Source of the DNA: Archaeoglobus fulgidus DSM 4304
GTDB lineage: Archaea > Halobacteriota > Archaeoglobi > Archaeoglobales > Archaeoglobaceae
Reading direction: 5' to 3'
Length of the DNA stretch: 32,000 nucleotides
NCBI RefSeq assembly: GCF_000008665.1
Contig: NC_000917.1
Coordinates: 1,800,001-1,832,000 of the forward strand
Shown here: positions 8,756 through 17,275 of the stretch, piece by piece
Position numbering within the stretch: position 1 is the stretch's first letter
Layout of the letters: the number at the start of each line of letters is the position of its first letter
Notes under the pieces: generated by a model
Seen by the model: the letters and a program-made list of their open reading frames with translations, nothing else
What the model was told of the DNA's origin: nothing
Database searches by the model: none
Made by a program: the position numbers and the translations under genes

Positions 8756-9454
8756 ATGTCACCAGATACCGAGGAACAAACTGGCTTAACGATATACCTC
8801 TACCCTGTGATTGCATGGATAATTCTGGTCACAAAAATTGAAAGTGGGTTGAGGACAAGGACCTTCCCAGTAGTTCACGGAGATGAAGGCAACAATTTAA
8901 TACCACTTCCAGAAGACGTGAAAAACATCCGAATCGTGCAATCATGGCCCGACACTTTTCTGGCCAAGGCAACTGTTGGAGCTGAAACCATAGATATGGG
9001 AATTCACGTATCTCCAGATGTTGAAGCCCTTAAAAAGGAAGCTATCGAGCTTATAAAGCACAAGGGTTCCCTGAGAAAGGCCAAAAAGGATGCTGAAAGA
9101 GAAAGTATAGTTAGTGGCTGGTTCCAATCGAAATTCCAATCAGAACTGTTAAATCTCAAAAAAGGGTGGAGAATAAGGGGGATAGTGAGAGCTGAATCTC
9201 CAGAATCAAAAACTCTTTTCAACATCGAGCTTATCAAGAGAGTTGAGAGGAGAAAAGACGCCAGCCATTTACGAAGTGGGGTGTTCACACCATATCAAAA
9301 ATCGAGAATAGAAGACATACCTCTCTCACAGAGAAAAATTGAACCCGGAGAAGTGGATGTTCCCATACCTTACGACGGAATATACAGAATTGCCATCAGT
9401 CCGAACGTAAAAACCACCTACTTCGTTGAGCTCTTTGTTGAAAAAGGGTCTTAG
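8756..9454 (+). CDS. Hypothetical protein, no family recognised
   Basis: 232-aa ORF, plausible composition, ATG start; no recognisable motif. Confidence 0.55.
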   Translation: MSPDTEEQTGLTIYLYPVIAWIILVTKIESGLRTRTFPVVHGDEGNNLIPLPEDVKNIRIVQSWPDTFLAKATVGAETIDMGIHVSPDVEALKKEAIELIKHKGSLRKAKKDAERESIVSGWFQSKFQSELLNLKKGWRIRGIVRAESPESKTLFNIELIKRVERRKDASHLRSGVFTPYQKSRIEDIPLSQRKIEPGEVDVPIPYDGIYRIAISPNVKTTYFVELFVEKGS

Positions 9455-9478
9455 GATTAAGGGAGGGGCCCGATAGAT

Positions 9479-9550
9479 TTGAACATCGAGGAGACGGATG
9501 AAGGTTATGTAGCTCAGGCACTGGGGCACTCAATTTTTACACTTGAAGTA
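9479..9550 (+). pseudogene. Possible remnant of a HicB-like antitoxin N-terminal region
   Basis: In the 9479..9715 ORF the first 24 codons read LNIEETDEGYVAQALGHSIFTLEV. This resembles the HicB-like pattern '...EEGGYVArALGhSIFTQGDTLEEL...', but the rest of the fold is missing and the ORF runs through the promoter and start of the next gene. Confidence 0.35.
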
Positions 9551-9598
9551 AAGAAGGATAAAGGAGCAGGCAGTCTTGTCGTAAGCTTAATAATAAGT

Positions 9599-9606
9599 TT
9601 TATAAC
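9599..9606 (+). promoter_or_regulatory. Probable TATA box for the VapB-like antitoxin gene
   Basis: TTTATAAC centred about 28 nt before ATG 9630, the spacing expected for a leaderless archaeal transcript. Confidence 0.45.
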
Positions 9607-9629
9607 CTTCACATCGAAATTCATACCTA

Positions 9630-9890
9630 ATGGTAAGAACGAGAACTGTTGGCAAGAAGGGACAGGTTACAATTCCAAAAGAGATCAGGGAAAAGTTCGG
9701 TTTGAAGGAGGGTGAGAAAGTCGTCTTTGAGATTAGAGGAGATGAAATCATCTTGAGACCGGAAAAAAGCGGAAGAGATTATGTGGAGGAGCTTACTTCA
9801 ATCATTGAGAAGAAGCTTGAAGCACCAGAACCTGCTGAACTGAAGAGGTTGTACTATGGACAGATTGAAAAGCGCGTATCTGGACTCTAA
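9630..9890 (+). CDS. vapB: AbrB/SpoVT-fold antitoxin (VapB-type)
   Basis: MVRTRTVGKKGQVTIPKEIREKFGLKEGEKVVFEIRGDEIILRP: hallmark swapped-hairpin AbrB sequence; overlaps the downstream PIN gene. Confidence 0.92.
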   Translation: MVRTRTVGKKGQVTIPKEIREKFGLKEGEKVVFEIRGDEIILRPEKSGRDYVEELTSIIEKKLEAPEPAELKRLYYGQIEKRVSGL

Positions 9891-10269
9891 TGTTTTCATT
9901 TATGCAACGCTTTACTCGGGAAAGACTGCCGAAAAATCGAAGGAGTACCTCTTAAGAGCTTCAGATGGCGAATTCAACGCATTTACATCAACGCTTACGT
10001 GGGATGAAGTTGTGTATGTCGTAAGAAAAGTTGCTGGAATAGAAGAAGGCATTAAAGCTGGAGAAATTCTGCTTAAAATGCCATTCATTGAGTTTCTGGA
10101 TGTTGATTTTGCTGTTTGTGAAGAAGCCCAGAAGCTTGCTGAGAAGTATAATCTATTGCCGAGAGATGCAATTCATGCTGTCCTTGCCCTGAAATACTGC
10201 GATGGTGTGATTATTAGCAACGATGCAGATTTCGATGTTGTTGATGGACTGAAAAGAATGTTTGATTAA
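9856..10269 (+). CDS. vapC: PIN-domain ribonuclease toxin (VapC-type)
   Basis: AYLDSNVFIYATL, TLTWDEVVYVVRK, LPRDAIHAVLALKYCDGVIISNDADFDVV: PIN acidic residues conserved. Confidence 0.92.
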   Translation: MDRLKSAYLDSNVFIYATLYSGKTAEKSKEYLLRASDGEFNAFTSTLTWDEVVYVVRKVAGIEEGIKAGEILLKMPFIEFLDVDFAVCEEAQKLAEKYNLLPRDAIHAVLALKYCDGVIISNDADFDVVDGLKRMFD

Positions 10270-10355
10270 AGAATCAACCTGTCAGCTTTTCTGGAACTGC
10301 AGCTCAGACAGTATCTGGCAGTATTAAAAAACGGTTTTCCCGCCAGTTCAATGAT

Positions 10356-10428
10356 GGGGCCGCCGAGATTTGAACTCGGGTCACCGGCTCCCAAAGCCGA
10401 GAGGATCACCAGGCTACCCTACGGCCCC
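10356..10428 (-). tRNA. tRNA-Pro, anticodon UGG
   Basis: Reverse complement GGGGCCGTAGGGTAGCCTGGTGATCCTCTCGGCTTTGGGAGCCGGTGACCCGAGTTCAAATCTCGGCGGCCCC. It has a 7-bp acceptor stem (GGGGCCG/CGGCCCC), anticodon arm TCGGC-TTTGGGA-GCCGG, and T arm CCGAG-TTCAAAT-CTCGG. Discriminator A at 10355; CCA not encoded. Confidence 0.95.
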
Positions 10429-10449
10429 TCTGTAATGATTAAAGGCAGT

Positions 10450-10462
10450 GGCTTTTAAAGCC
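10450..10462 (-). promoter_or_regulatory. Probable TATA element of tRNA-Pro
   Basis: Palindromic GGCTTTTAAAGCC, centred about 28 nt upstream of the tRNA 5' end. Confidence 0.5.
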
Positions 10463-10556
10463 TTTTGCTGCAAACGCATTCGTTTTTCAGGATGGTGAAG
10501 TATTTAAATCCTGCCTCCCTCATGACAGAAAGATACACTTTATCATGGTGATAAGA

Positions 10557-11867
10557 ATGGCCTACAGCGAGCTATACTGGCAGAAGGAGGAAGTGATGCC
10601 TAAGAAGGAGCTTGAGGAGCTTCAGCTCAAGAGGTTGAGGTGGGTTGTCAGACACGCCTATGAGAACGTGGCTCATTACAGGCGAAAGCTGAAGGAAGCA
10701 GGAGTTCATCCTGACGACATAAAGAAGCGAGAAGATATTGCAAAAATTCCGTTCACCACAAAAAAAGACTTTGCAGAGAACTATCCCTTCGGGCTTTTTG
10801 CTGTCCCAAAGGAGGAAATCGTCAGACTCCACACATCGAGCGGCACAACTGGAAAGCCAAAGGTTGTTGGATACACCGCCAACGACCTTGAGAACTGGAT
10901 CAATCTTGTTGCGAGATGCCTTTACATGGTTGGAGTGAGGAAGCACGATATTTTCCAGAACATGGCGAACTACGCCTTCTTCACAGGTGGCCTGGGAATC
11001 CACGACGGGGCGGAAAGAATAGGCGCAATGGTGATTCCAGCTGGTGTGGGGAACACGGAGAGGCAGGTGAGATGCATGGCCGACTTCGGCACCACAGCGA
11101 TACATTCAACCCCAAGCTACGCGCTCCACGTCAAGGAGGTTGCCGAAGAACTCGGAGTGGATGACAAGCTCAGCCTGAGAATCGGATGCTTTGGAGCGGA
11201 GCCGTGGAGTGAGAACACAAGAAAAAGGCTGGAAGATGCGTTCAACATCAAGGCCTTCGATAGCTACGGTTTGAGTGAGATGAACGGGCCTGGAGTCGCG
11301 TTTGAGTGCGAAGAGCAGCACGGGCTTCACATTTGGGCAGACCACTACTTCATCGAAATCATCGACCCGCAAACCGGAGAGCCGCTTTCGGAGGGAGAGA
11401 AGGGAGAGCTCGTCCTTACACCGCTTACAAAGGAGGCTTTGCCCGTGCTACGATACAGAACTGGTGACATCACCTACATAATGGACGATGAGTGCTCCTG
11501 CGGCAGAACGCATCCCAAGATACACCGCATTCTTGGTAGGAGCGATGACATGATAATAGTAAGAGGAATAAACGTCTTTCCGAGTCAGATTGAGCATGTG
11601 CTAATGCAGATTCCGGAAGTTGGCGATCACTTCCAAGTTGTCATAACCAGAAACGGCACACTCGATGAGATTACAGTTAGGGTGGAGGTCAGGGATGAGC
11701 TATTCACAGGAGAACTTTTCGACCTGCAGAGATTGCAGCAGAAAGTGCAGAGGGAGCTTCAGAAGGAACTTGGGCTGAGAACGAACGTTGAGCTGGTGGA
11801 GAAGGGGACAATCGAGAGGTCAAAGGGTAAGGCCAAGAGGGTTCTTGACCTCAGAGAAGAGCTCTAA
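10557..11867 (+). CDS. paaK: Phenylacetate-CoA ligase family (aryl-CoA ligase)
   Basis: RLHTSSGTTGKPKVVGYTANDL, SYGLSEMNGPGVAFEC, YRTGDITYIMDDECSCGRTHPKIHRILGRSDDMIIVRGINVFPSQIE. GGTGAT Shine-Dalgarno-like sequence precedes ATG 10557 (the track begins at 10545). Confidence 0.92.
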   Translation: MAYSELYWQKEEVMPKKELEELQLKRLRWVVRHAYENVAHYRRKLKEAGVHPDDIKKREDIAKIPFTTKKDFAENYPFGLFAVPKEEIVRLHTSSGTTGKPKVVGYTANDLENWINLVARCLYMVGVRKHDIFQNMANYAFFTGGLGIHDGAERIGAMVIPAGVGNTERQVRCMADFGTTAIHSTPSYALHVKEVAEELGVDDKLSLRIGCFGAEPWSENTRKRLEDAFNIKAFDSYGLSEMNGPGVAFECEEQHGLHIWADHYFIEIIDPQTGEPLSEGEKGELVLTPLTKEALPVLRYRTGDITYIMDDECSCGRTHPKIHRILGRSDDMIIVRGINVFPSQIEHVLMQIPEVGDHFQVVITRNGTLDEITVRVEVRDELFTGELFDLQRLQQKVQRELQKELGLRTNVELVEKGTIERSKGKAKRVLDLREEL

Positions 11868-11930
11868 AGTGTGCATTTTATGCATATTTATTTGCATAAA
11901 ATTTTTAGCTTTTTAATTCTTTAAATTTCC

Positions 11931-13136
11931 ATGGGTGAATTCTCCAAGTTTGAGAAACTAATAGTCCTTCTTGCAGCCGCCATAGGATGGTCACACGATG
12001 CTGTTGGGCTCACACTGCTTAACTTCCTTGCAGAGCCAATAATGAGGGAGTTCAACGTGGGTACGCTTGAAATCGGATTTATATTCTCCGCCCAGTACAT
12101 TTTCTGCATCTTCGGAGCAATGCTTTTTGGGGAGATGGGGGACAGATTTGGGAGGAAAAATGCCCTGATATTATCCATACTCTGGGTTGCGGTTTTCAGC
12201 GTTCTCTCAGCCTTTGCCCCCAACTTCTGGACTCTCGCAATTCTTAGGCTCATTTCGGGAATGGGCGTGACTTGGGGGCTTGCGTTCACCTACATGAGCG
12301 AGTTCTACTCTCCAAAGAGAAGGGGGCTGTTTGGCGGTTTGATTCACGCCACCTTCGTTTTCGGATTCATCCTTTCAGCCCTCTCAGTGTCCCTGATTTA
12401 CCCCATTTACGGCTGGAGAGCCTGCTTTTTCGTCACCCTCTATCCCATTCCTTTCCTGATACTCTTTGCCAAATACCTGCCAGAATCGAGGATATGGGAA
12501 AAGCACAGCGCCGAGATGGATAAAAGCCTGAGGCTGGCCGAAATTGTGAGAGAGAGCAGGTATCTAAGGCTACTGGTGCTCGCCACATTCCTTTTCTGGC
12601 TCGCAGAATTCGCCTACCATGCAATAGTTGACTGGTCGCCAACATTCATCATAAGGCAGTTCAACTACCGCCCTGAGGAGGCAAGCATGATTGTTCTACG
12701 CATTTCTCTCGTTGCCCTCATCGTTCTCCCATTCTTCGGCCTCATCAGCGATTACATTGGAAGGAGGTCGAGCTTTGCCATCTCCGCTTCAATAGGGCTG
12801 CTTGGCTGCTTAATGCTTGCTTACTTCACTCTGGTGAACTACAATCCTGGTCTTGCTCTTCTTTCCCTCTTCGTCATACCCATCGGCTTCGGCTCCCATG
12901 CACTCTTCGGAGTGTGGAGCAGCGAGATGTTCCCAACAAAGGTGAGGGCAACTGCCACCTCTGTTATTTTCAGCATAGCCAGAGGTCTTTCGGTGGGCGG
13001 GCTAATTGTGGGCTACGTTGCAACCTTCTCAAGCCTGCTTTACGGAATGCTTCTCGGAGGGATTGCGTTCTTGCTGATGTGCATATTTCCGTGGCTTCTT
13101 CCCGAAACGAAGGGAAGAGAGCTGGAGGAGTTTTAG
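11931..13136 (+). CDS. Major facilitator superfamily transporter (metabolite/aromatic acid:proton symporter-like)
   Basis: About 12 hydrophobic segments; GEMGDRFGRKNALI in loop 2-3 and SDYIGRRSSFAI in loop 8-9; FPTKVRATATS. Confidence 0.88.
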   Translation: MGEFSKFEKLIVLLAAAIGWSHDAVGLTLLNFLAEPIMREFNVGTLEIGFIFSAQYIFCIFGAMLFGEMGDRFGRKNALILSILWVAVFSVLSAFAPNFWTLAILRLISGMGVTWGLAFTYMSEFYSPKRRGLFGGLIHATFVFGFILSALSVSLIYPIYGWRACFFVTLYPIPFLILFAKYLPESRIWEKHSAEMDKSLRLAEIVRESRYLRLLVLATFLFWLAEFAYHAIVDWSPTFIIRQFNYRPEEASMIVLRISLVALIVLPFFGLISDYIGRRSSFAISASIGLLGCLMLAYFTLVNYNPGLALLSLFVIPIGFGSHALFGVWSSEMFPTKVRATATSVIFSIARGLSVGGLIVGYVATFSSLLYGMLLGGIAFLLMCIFPWLLPETKGRELEEF

Positions 13137-13145
13137 GGTGATGTT

Positions 13146-14777
13146 ATGGACGGTGCTGAAGCTGTTGCGAAAGCTTTGTTGAGGGAAAAAATTGACTGCG
13201 CCTTTTCACTGCCAAGCGGAGAGATTCTGCCAGTCTGTGAGTACCTTGAGGCTGAGGGTGTGAGGGTTATATTCACAAGGCACGAGCAGGCCGCAGGAAA
13301 CGCTGCCGACGGCTATGCGAGAGTAACGAGAAGGCCGGGATTTTGCATTGTCCCCACGGGGCCGGGATTGGCGAATCTCATGCCCGCCCTTGCTCAGGCT
13401 TACTACGCCTCAAGCCCCGTAGTCGCAATTGCGGGACACAGCAGGTATGTGAACCTTGACAGGGAAGCTTTTGAGGAGATTGACGGCTATCTCTGGGTTA
13501 AGGAGTACACGAAGTGGTCGAGGCTCGTTCCCTTCACTCACAGACTCCACGAATACGTTCAGGAGGCTTTCAGGAGAGCCCTGTCTGGGAGATATGGACC
13601 AGTGCTACTCGAAATTCCGAAAGATGTGTTGAATGCTGATATTGATGGCAAAGTTGAGCTTGCAGAGCCGAGAAACTACAGGTACACAGGAAGAGTTGGA
13701 TGTGAGGAGGAATACATTTACAGAGCACTGGAGATGCTGTTGAATGCCGAAAAACCACTCATAGTGGCTGGAAGCGGGGTCTACTGGAGCAGGGCGGAGA
13801 ATTTTATGATTGCCTTTGCCGAGAAGCTTTCCATTCCCGTCAGCGTTAGCGGGCTCGGAGGCTGCTGCATCTCTCCCGACCATCCCCTCTTTGCGGGTCA
13901 GGCTTCCGCATCTCCTGCTGTGATGCAGAGTGACTTTGTATTGGTTGTGGGAACGAGGTTCGACGAGTTCCTCGGTTTTGGACAGAAGTTCAAGGGTAAG
14001 GTGGTTCATGTTGACATCGACGCTTGCGAGCTGGCGAAGAACAGGTATGTTGACATCGCCATTAGCTGCGATGCGGGATACTTCTTCTCAAAAGCTCTTG
14101 CAATGCTTGAGGGGGAGAAAAAATTCGAGAACTGGGCAAGGCCGATAATGGAGGGAGTGAACAGAATGTTCGAGGAGGCTGCGAAGGGAGAGGATAAGCC
14201 AATGAAGCCGCAGCGATTGATGAGAGAGCTCAACGAGGTTTTGAGTAGGGACGACATCGTCATCCTCGATGGCGGGGAGACAACAGCCTGGGGCCTTCTA
14301 TACCTCAAAAAGGGTAAGGTTATAAGCTCTCAGGGACCCTTCGGGCATCTTGGCGCTGGGATTCCCATGGGAATTGCTGCAAAGGCGGCATATCCAGAAA
14401 AAAGAGTTTTCGTTGTCACAGGAGACGGGAGCTTTTTGTTCAATGGAGCCGAAATAGATACTGCTGTAAGACACGGTCTGCAGGTAGTAGTAGTTGTGGT
14501 CAACGACTCCGCTTGGGGCTTGGTGAACCACACAAGGCTGCTTTCAACGAAGTCAGCAGAGAGGGCGAGTTATGGGGTTATGCTCAACCCCGCTGCCAGA
14601 TACGACAGGTTTGCAGAGAGTTTGGAAGCGTATGGAGAGCTGGTTGAGAAATCTGGGGAAGTTAAGGAGGCTGTGAAAAGAGCCTTTGACTCTGCTCTGC
14701 CAGCTGTTCTGGACGTGAGGGTGAAGCTCGACGAAATCTCTCCCCTCGCCTACCTGCTCTCAGGCTCGGAGGGATAA
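13146..14777 (+). CDS. Thiamine-pyrophosphate-dependent decarboxylase/carboligase (acetolactate synthase/benzoylformate decarboxylase superfamily)
   Basis: FTRHEQAAGNAADGYARVTRRPG (catalytic Glu region), GPVLLEIPKDV, FVVTGDGSFLFNGAEIDTAVRHGLQVVVVVVNDSAWG (TPP motif). No FAD/ilvN context supporting a true acetolactate synthase. Confidence 0.85.
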   Translation: MDGAEAVAKALLREKIDCAFSLPSGEILPVCEYLEAEGVRVIFTRHEQAAGNAADGYARVTRRPGFCIVPTGPGLANLMPALAQAYYASSPVVAIAGHSRYVNLDREAFEEIDGYLWVKEYTKWSRLVPFTHRLHEYVQEAFRRALSGRYGPVLLEIPKDVLNADIDGKVELAEPRNYRYTGRVGCEEEYIYRALEMLLNAEKPLIVAGSGVYWSRAENFMIAFAEKLSIPVSVSGLGGCCISPDHPLFAGQASASPAVMQSDFVLVVGTRFDEFLGFGQKFKGKVVHVDIDACELAKNRYVDIAISCDAGYFFSKALAMLEGEKKFENWARPIMEGVNRMFEEAAKGEDKPMKPQRLMRELNEVLSRDDIVILDGGETTAWGLLYLKKGKVISSQGPFGHLGAGIPMGIAAKAAYPEKRVFVVTGDGSFLFNGAEIDTAVRHGLQVVVVVVNDSAWGLVNHTRLLSTKSAERASYGVMLNPAARYDRFAESLEAYGELVEKSGEVKEAVKRAFDSALPAVLDVRVKLDEISPLAYLLSGSEG

Positions 14778-14778
14778 G

Positions 14779-15702
14779 ATGGCCGTGCTCATCACAGGAG
14801 GGGCGGGGTTTCTTGGGAGGTTTGTAGCGAAACACTTCGACTCTCCTGTGATTCTCGACCTGAAAGAGGGAAAAGGGGGAATTTTTGAGTTTGGGAGCGT
14901 TACAGCATGGTCGGACATTGCAGAAGTTTTCAGGAAGCACGAGATTGAGGGGGTGATTCACGCTGCCGCGGAGCTTTCAGTAAAGGCAGAGAAGAGCCAT
15001 GTGGATGCTTTCAGGGCAAATGTTGAGGGGGCGCTCAACATACTCGAAGCCTGCAGAGTCTTCGATGTGGAGAAGGTTGTTTTCACCAGCAGCCACTCCG
15101 TTTACGGCCCAAGAAGCTACCCCTTCACGGAGTTTTCATACAGAGACCCCACAACCTTCTACGGGGCTACAAAAGCCTGCTCAGAAATTCTGGGAACTTA
15201 CTACAGCTACACCTACGGCATTGATTTTCGGGCTGTGAGGTTTCCCATCCTCGTCGGGCCTTTCAGGAGGGGGATGGGGGCGAGCGTAGCCTTCTCTTCT
15301 CTCATCGATGATGCTTTCTTCAATGGCACGTCCGTCATTACCCTGCCAGAGGAGACAAAGCTCCCCGTTCTTTATGTTAAAGATGCTGCAGAGCTCGTTT
15401 TCAGGTTATACAGCATAGATAGAGTTTCAAAGCCAATATTCAACGTTGGTGGCGTTGTCCTCTCCATAAAAGACATTGTCGAGGCGGTGAAGAAATTCAT
15501 TCCCTTCAAGCCTCAATTCAGGATCGATGACGAAAGCAGGAGAATTGCGCAGCAGTGGACGCTCATGACTGAAATGGTTGAGAAAGCGGGGATAATCGAC
15601 AAGTACAGCAGAATTGAAGAGCTTGATTGGGAGATTAGGTGGAAAAGCGCTGAGGAAATAGTGGAAGACCACCTTAAAACGCTTGCAGAGGTGGAAGAGT
15701 GA
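14779..15702 (+). CDS. Extended short-chain dehydrogenase / NAD-dependent epimerase-dehydratase
   Basis: VLITGGAGFLGRFVAKHF, SSHSVYGPRSYP, FYGATKACSEIL (Yx3K), RAVRFPILVGPFRRG. Confidence 0.88.
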   Translation: MAVLITGGAGFLGRFVAKHFDSPVILDLKEGKGGIFEFGSVTAWSDIAEVFRKHEIEGVIHAAAELSVKAEKSHVDAFRANVEGALNILEACRVFDVEKVVFTSSHSVYGPRSYPFTEFSYRDPTTFYGATKACSEILGTYYSYTYGIDFRAVRFPILVGPFRRGMGASVAFSSLIDDAFFNGTSVITLPEETKLPVLYVKDAAELVFRLYSIDRVSKPIFNVGGVVLSIKDIVEAVKKFIPFKPQFRIDDESRRIAQQWTLMTEMVEKAGIIDKYSRIEELDWEIRWKSAEEIVEDHLKTLAEVEE

Positions 15703-16544
15703 AGGTCTTTGTTATCGGAGCGGGACTGATGGGGAGAGGGATAGCCATTGCCATCGCTTCAAAGCATGAGGTCGTTCTGCAGGATGTAAGCGAAAAAGCT
15801 CTCGAAGCTGCAAGAGAGCAGATTCCTGAAGAGCTTTTGAGCAAGATAGAGTTCACAACCACCCTTGAAAAGGTTAAAGACTGCGACATCGTAATGGAGG
15901 CGGTTTTTGAAGACCTTAACACCAAGGTTGAAGTGCTCAGAGAGGTGGAGAGGCTCACAAATGCACCGCTCTGCTCCAACACGTCAGTCATAAGCGTTGA
16001 TGATATTGCGGAGAGGCTTGACAGCCCTTCAAGATTTCTCGGCGTTCACTGGATGAATCCTCCCCACGTAATGCCCCTCGTTGAAATTGTGATTTCCAGA
16101 TTTACGGACAGCAAAACAGTCGCCTTCGTGGAGGGCTTTTTGAGGGAGTTGGGAAAGGAGGTTGTTGTCTGCAAAGGCCAGTCCTTGGTGAACAGGTTCA
16201 ATGCAGCTGTGCTTAGCGAAGCTTCGAGGATGATTGAGGAGGGTGTGAGGGCGGAGGACGTTGACAGAGTCTGGAAGCACCACCTCGGCCTGCTCTACAC
16301 TCTGTTCGGCCCTCTGGGAAACCTTGACTACATCGGCCTCGACGTTGCCTACTACGCTTCCCTCTACCTCTACAAAAGATTTGGAGATGAGAAGTTCAAG
16401 CCGCCAGAATGGCTGCAGGAGAAAATAAAGAAGGGCGAGGTTGGTGTGAAGGCGGGAAAGGGGATTTATGAATATGGCCCTAAAGCCTATGAGGAGAGAG
16501 TTGAGAGGCTGAAAAAGCTGCTAAGGTTTCTGGGACTGGAATGA
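15699..16544 (+). CDS. 3-hydroxyacyl-CoA dehydrogenase family
   Basis: VIGAGLMGRGIAIAIAS, IVMEAVFEDLNTKVEVLREVE, CSNTSVISVDDIA, GVHWMNPPHVMPLVEIV, GPLGNLDYIGLDVAYY. Confidence 0.88.
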   Translation: MKVFVIGAGLMGRGIAIAIASKHEVVLQDVSEKALEAAREQIPEELLSKIEFTTTLEKVKDCDIVMEAVFEDLNTKVEVLREVERLTNAPLCSNTSVISVDDIAERLDSPSRFLGVHWMNPPHVMPLVEIVISRFTDSKTVAFVEGFLRELGKEVVVCKGQSLVNRFNAAVLSEASRMIEEGVRAEDVDRVWKHHLGLLYTLFGPLGNLDYIGLDVAYYASLYLYKRFGDEKFKPPEWLQEKIKKGEVGVKAGKGIYEYGPKAYEERVERLKKLLRFLGLE

Positions 16545-17275
16545 ACGAAGCGACGATTGTGGCAATGTTTCTTCTCACCCTTGTGGCATTCACAGTCAGA
16601 GTTGTAACCGGATTTGGCAGCGCCATTCTCCTATCTCCAATATTCTCCAACCTCATGCCCCCGAAAGAAGCTGTGGTGCTAATCATTCTGCTCGAATCCT
16701 TCGTTAACGTGATTTTTCTGCTAAAGGAGAGGATGAACTTCAGCCTGAGAGAGATTTACCTCGGAGCCTTCTTTGGCATTGCTGCGGGAATTCTCTTCTT
16801 CGGCTTGCTTCCTCAAGAAATCGTTGGCCTTACAATCGGCGTTGCTATGGGTGTCATGGCTGCGGTTATGCTTCTCGGCGTGAATTTCAGGGTAAGGAGA
16901 ACTAGACCTCTTTTCCTGAGCATGGGCTTTCTCAGCGGAGCGATGGGGGTTATAACCGGAGTCAACGGCCCTCAGATTGTGATTACCCTCGCCAATCAGG
17001 GCTATGCAGCGAGCTTCATCAGGAGCTTCATGATTACCTACCTTGTGGTCATCGATACAGCTACACTTTCCGCCTTCTTCGCCTTTGGCCACGTGAATGT
17101 CCAAATCCTTACCAACTTTCTTATTCTCGCCCCCTCCATCATCATCGCTTATGCATTGGGAAGCAGAATTCTTTCGAGGATGGATGGGGAAAGGCTGAAG
17201 AGGATAATTCTTTCAGCCGTGGTTTTGCTCTCTCTGGTGGTGATTTTAAGATACGGAGGTGGTCTGATTGGATAG
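16541..17275 (+). CDS. TauE/SafE-family membrane transporter
   Basis: Multi-TM protein; RVVTGFGSAILLSPIFSNLMPPKEAVVLIILLESFVNV and GFLSGAMGVITGVNGPQIVITLANQGY. Confidence 0.85.
   Translation: MNEATIVAMFLLTLVAFTVRVVTGFGSAILLSPIFSNLMPPKEAVVLIILLESFVNVIFLLKERMNFSLREIYLGAFFGIAAGILFFGLLPQEIVGLTIGVAMGVMAAVMLLGVNFRVRRTRPLFLSMGFLSGAMGVITGVNGPQIVITLANQGYAASFIRSFMITYLVVIDTATLSAFFAFGHVNVQILTNFLILAPSIIIAYALGSRILSRMDGERLKRIILSAVVLLSLVVILRYGGGLIG

Noticed and set aside
13146-14777. Calling the TPP enzyme ilvB (acetolactate synthase large subunit)
   Set aside because: No ilvN/ilvC neighbours and an atypical catabolic context; family-level call only.
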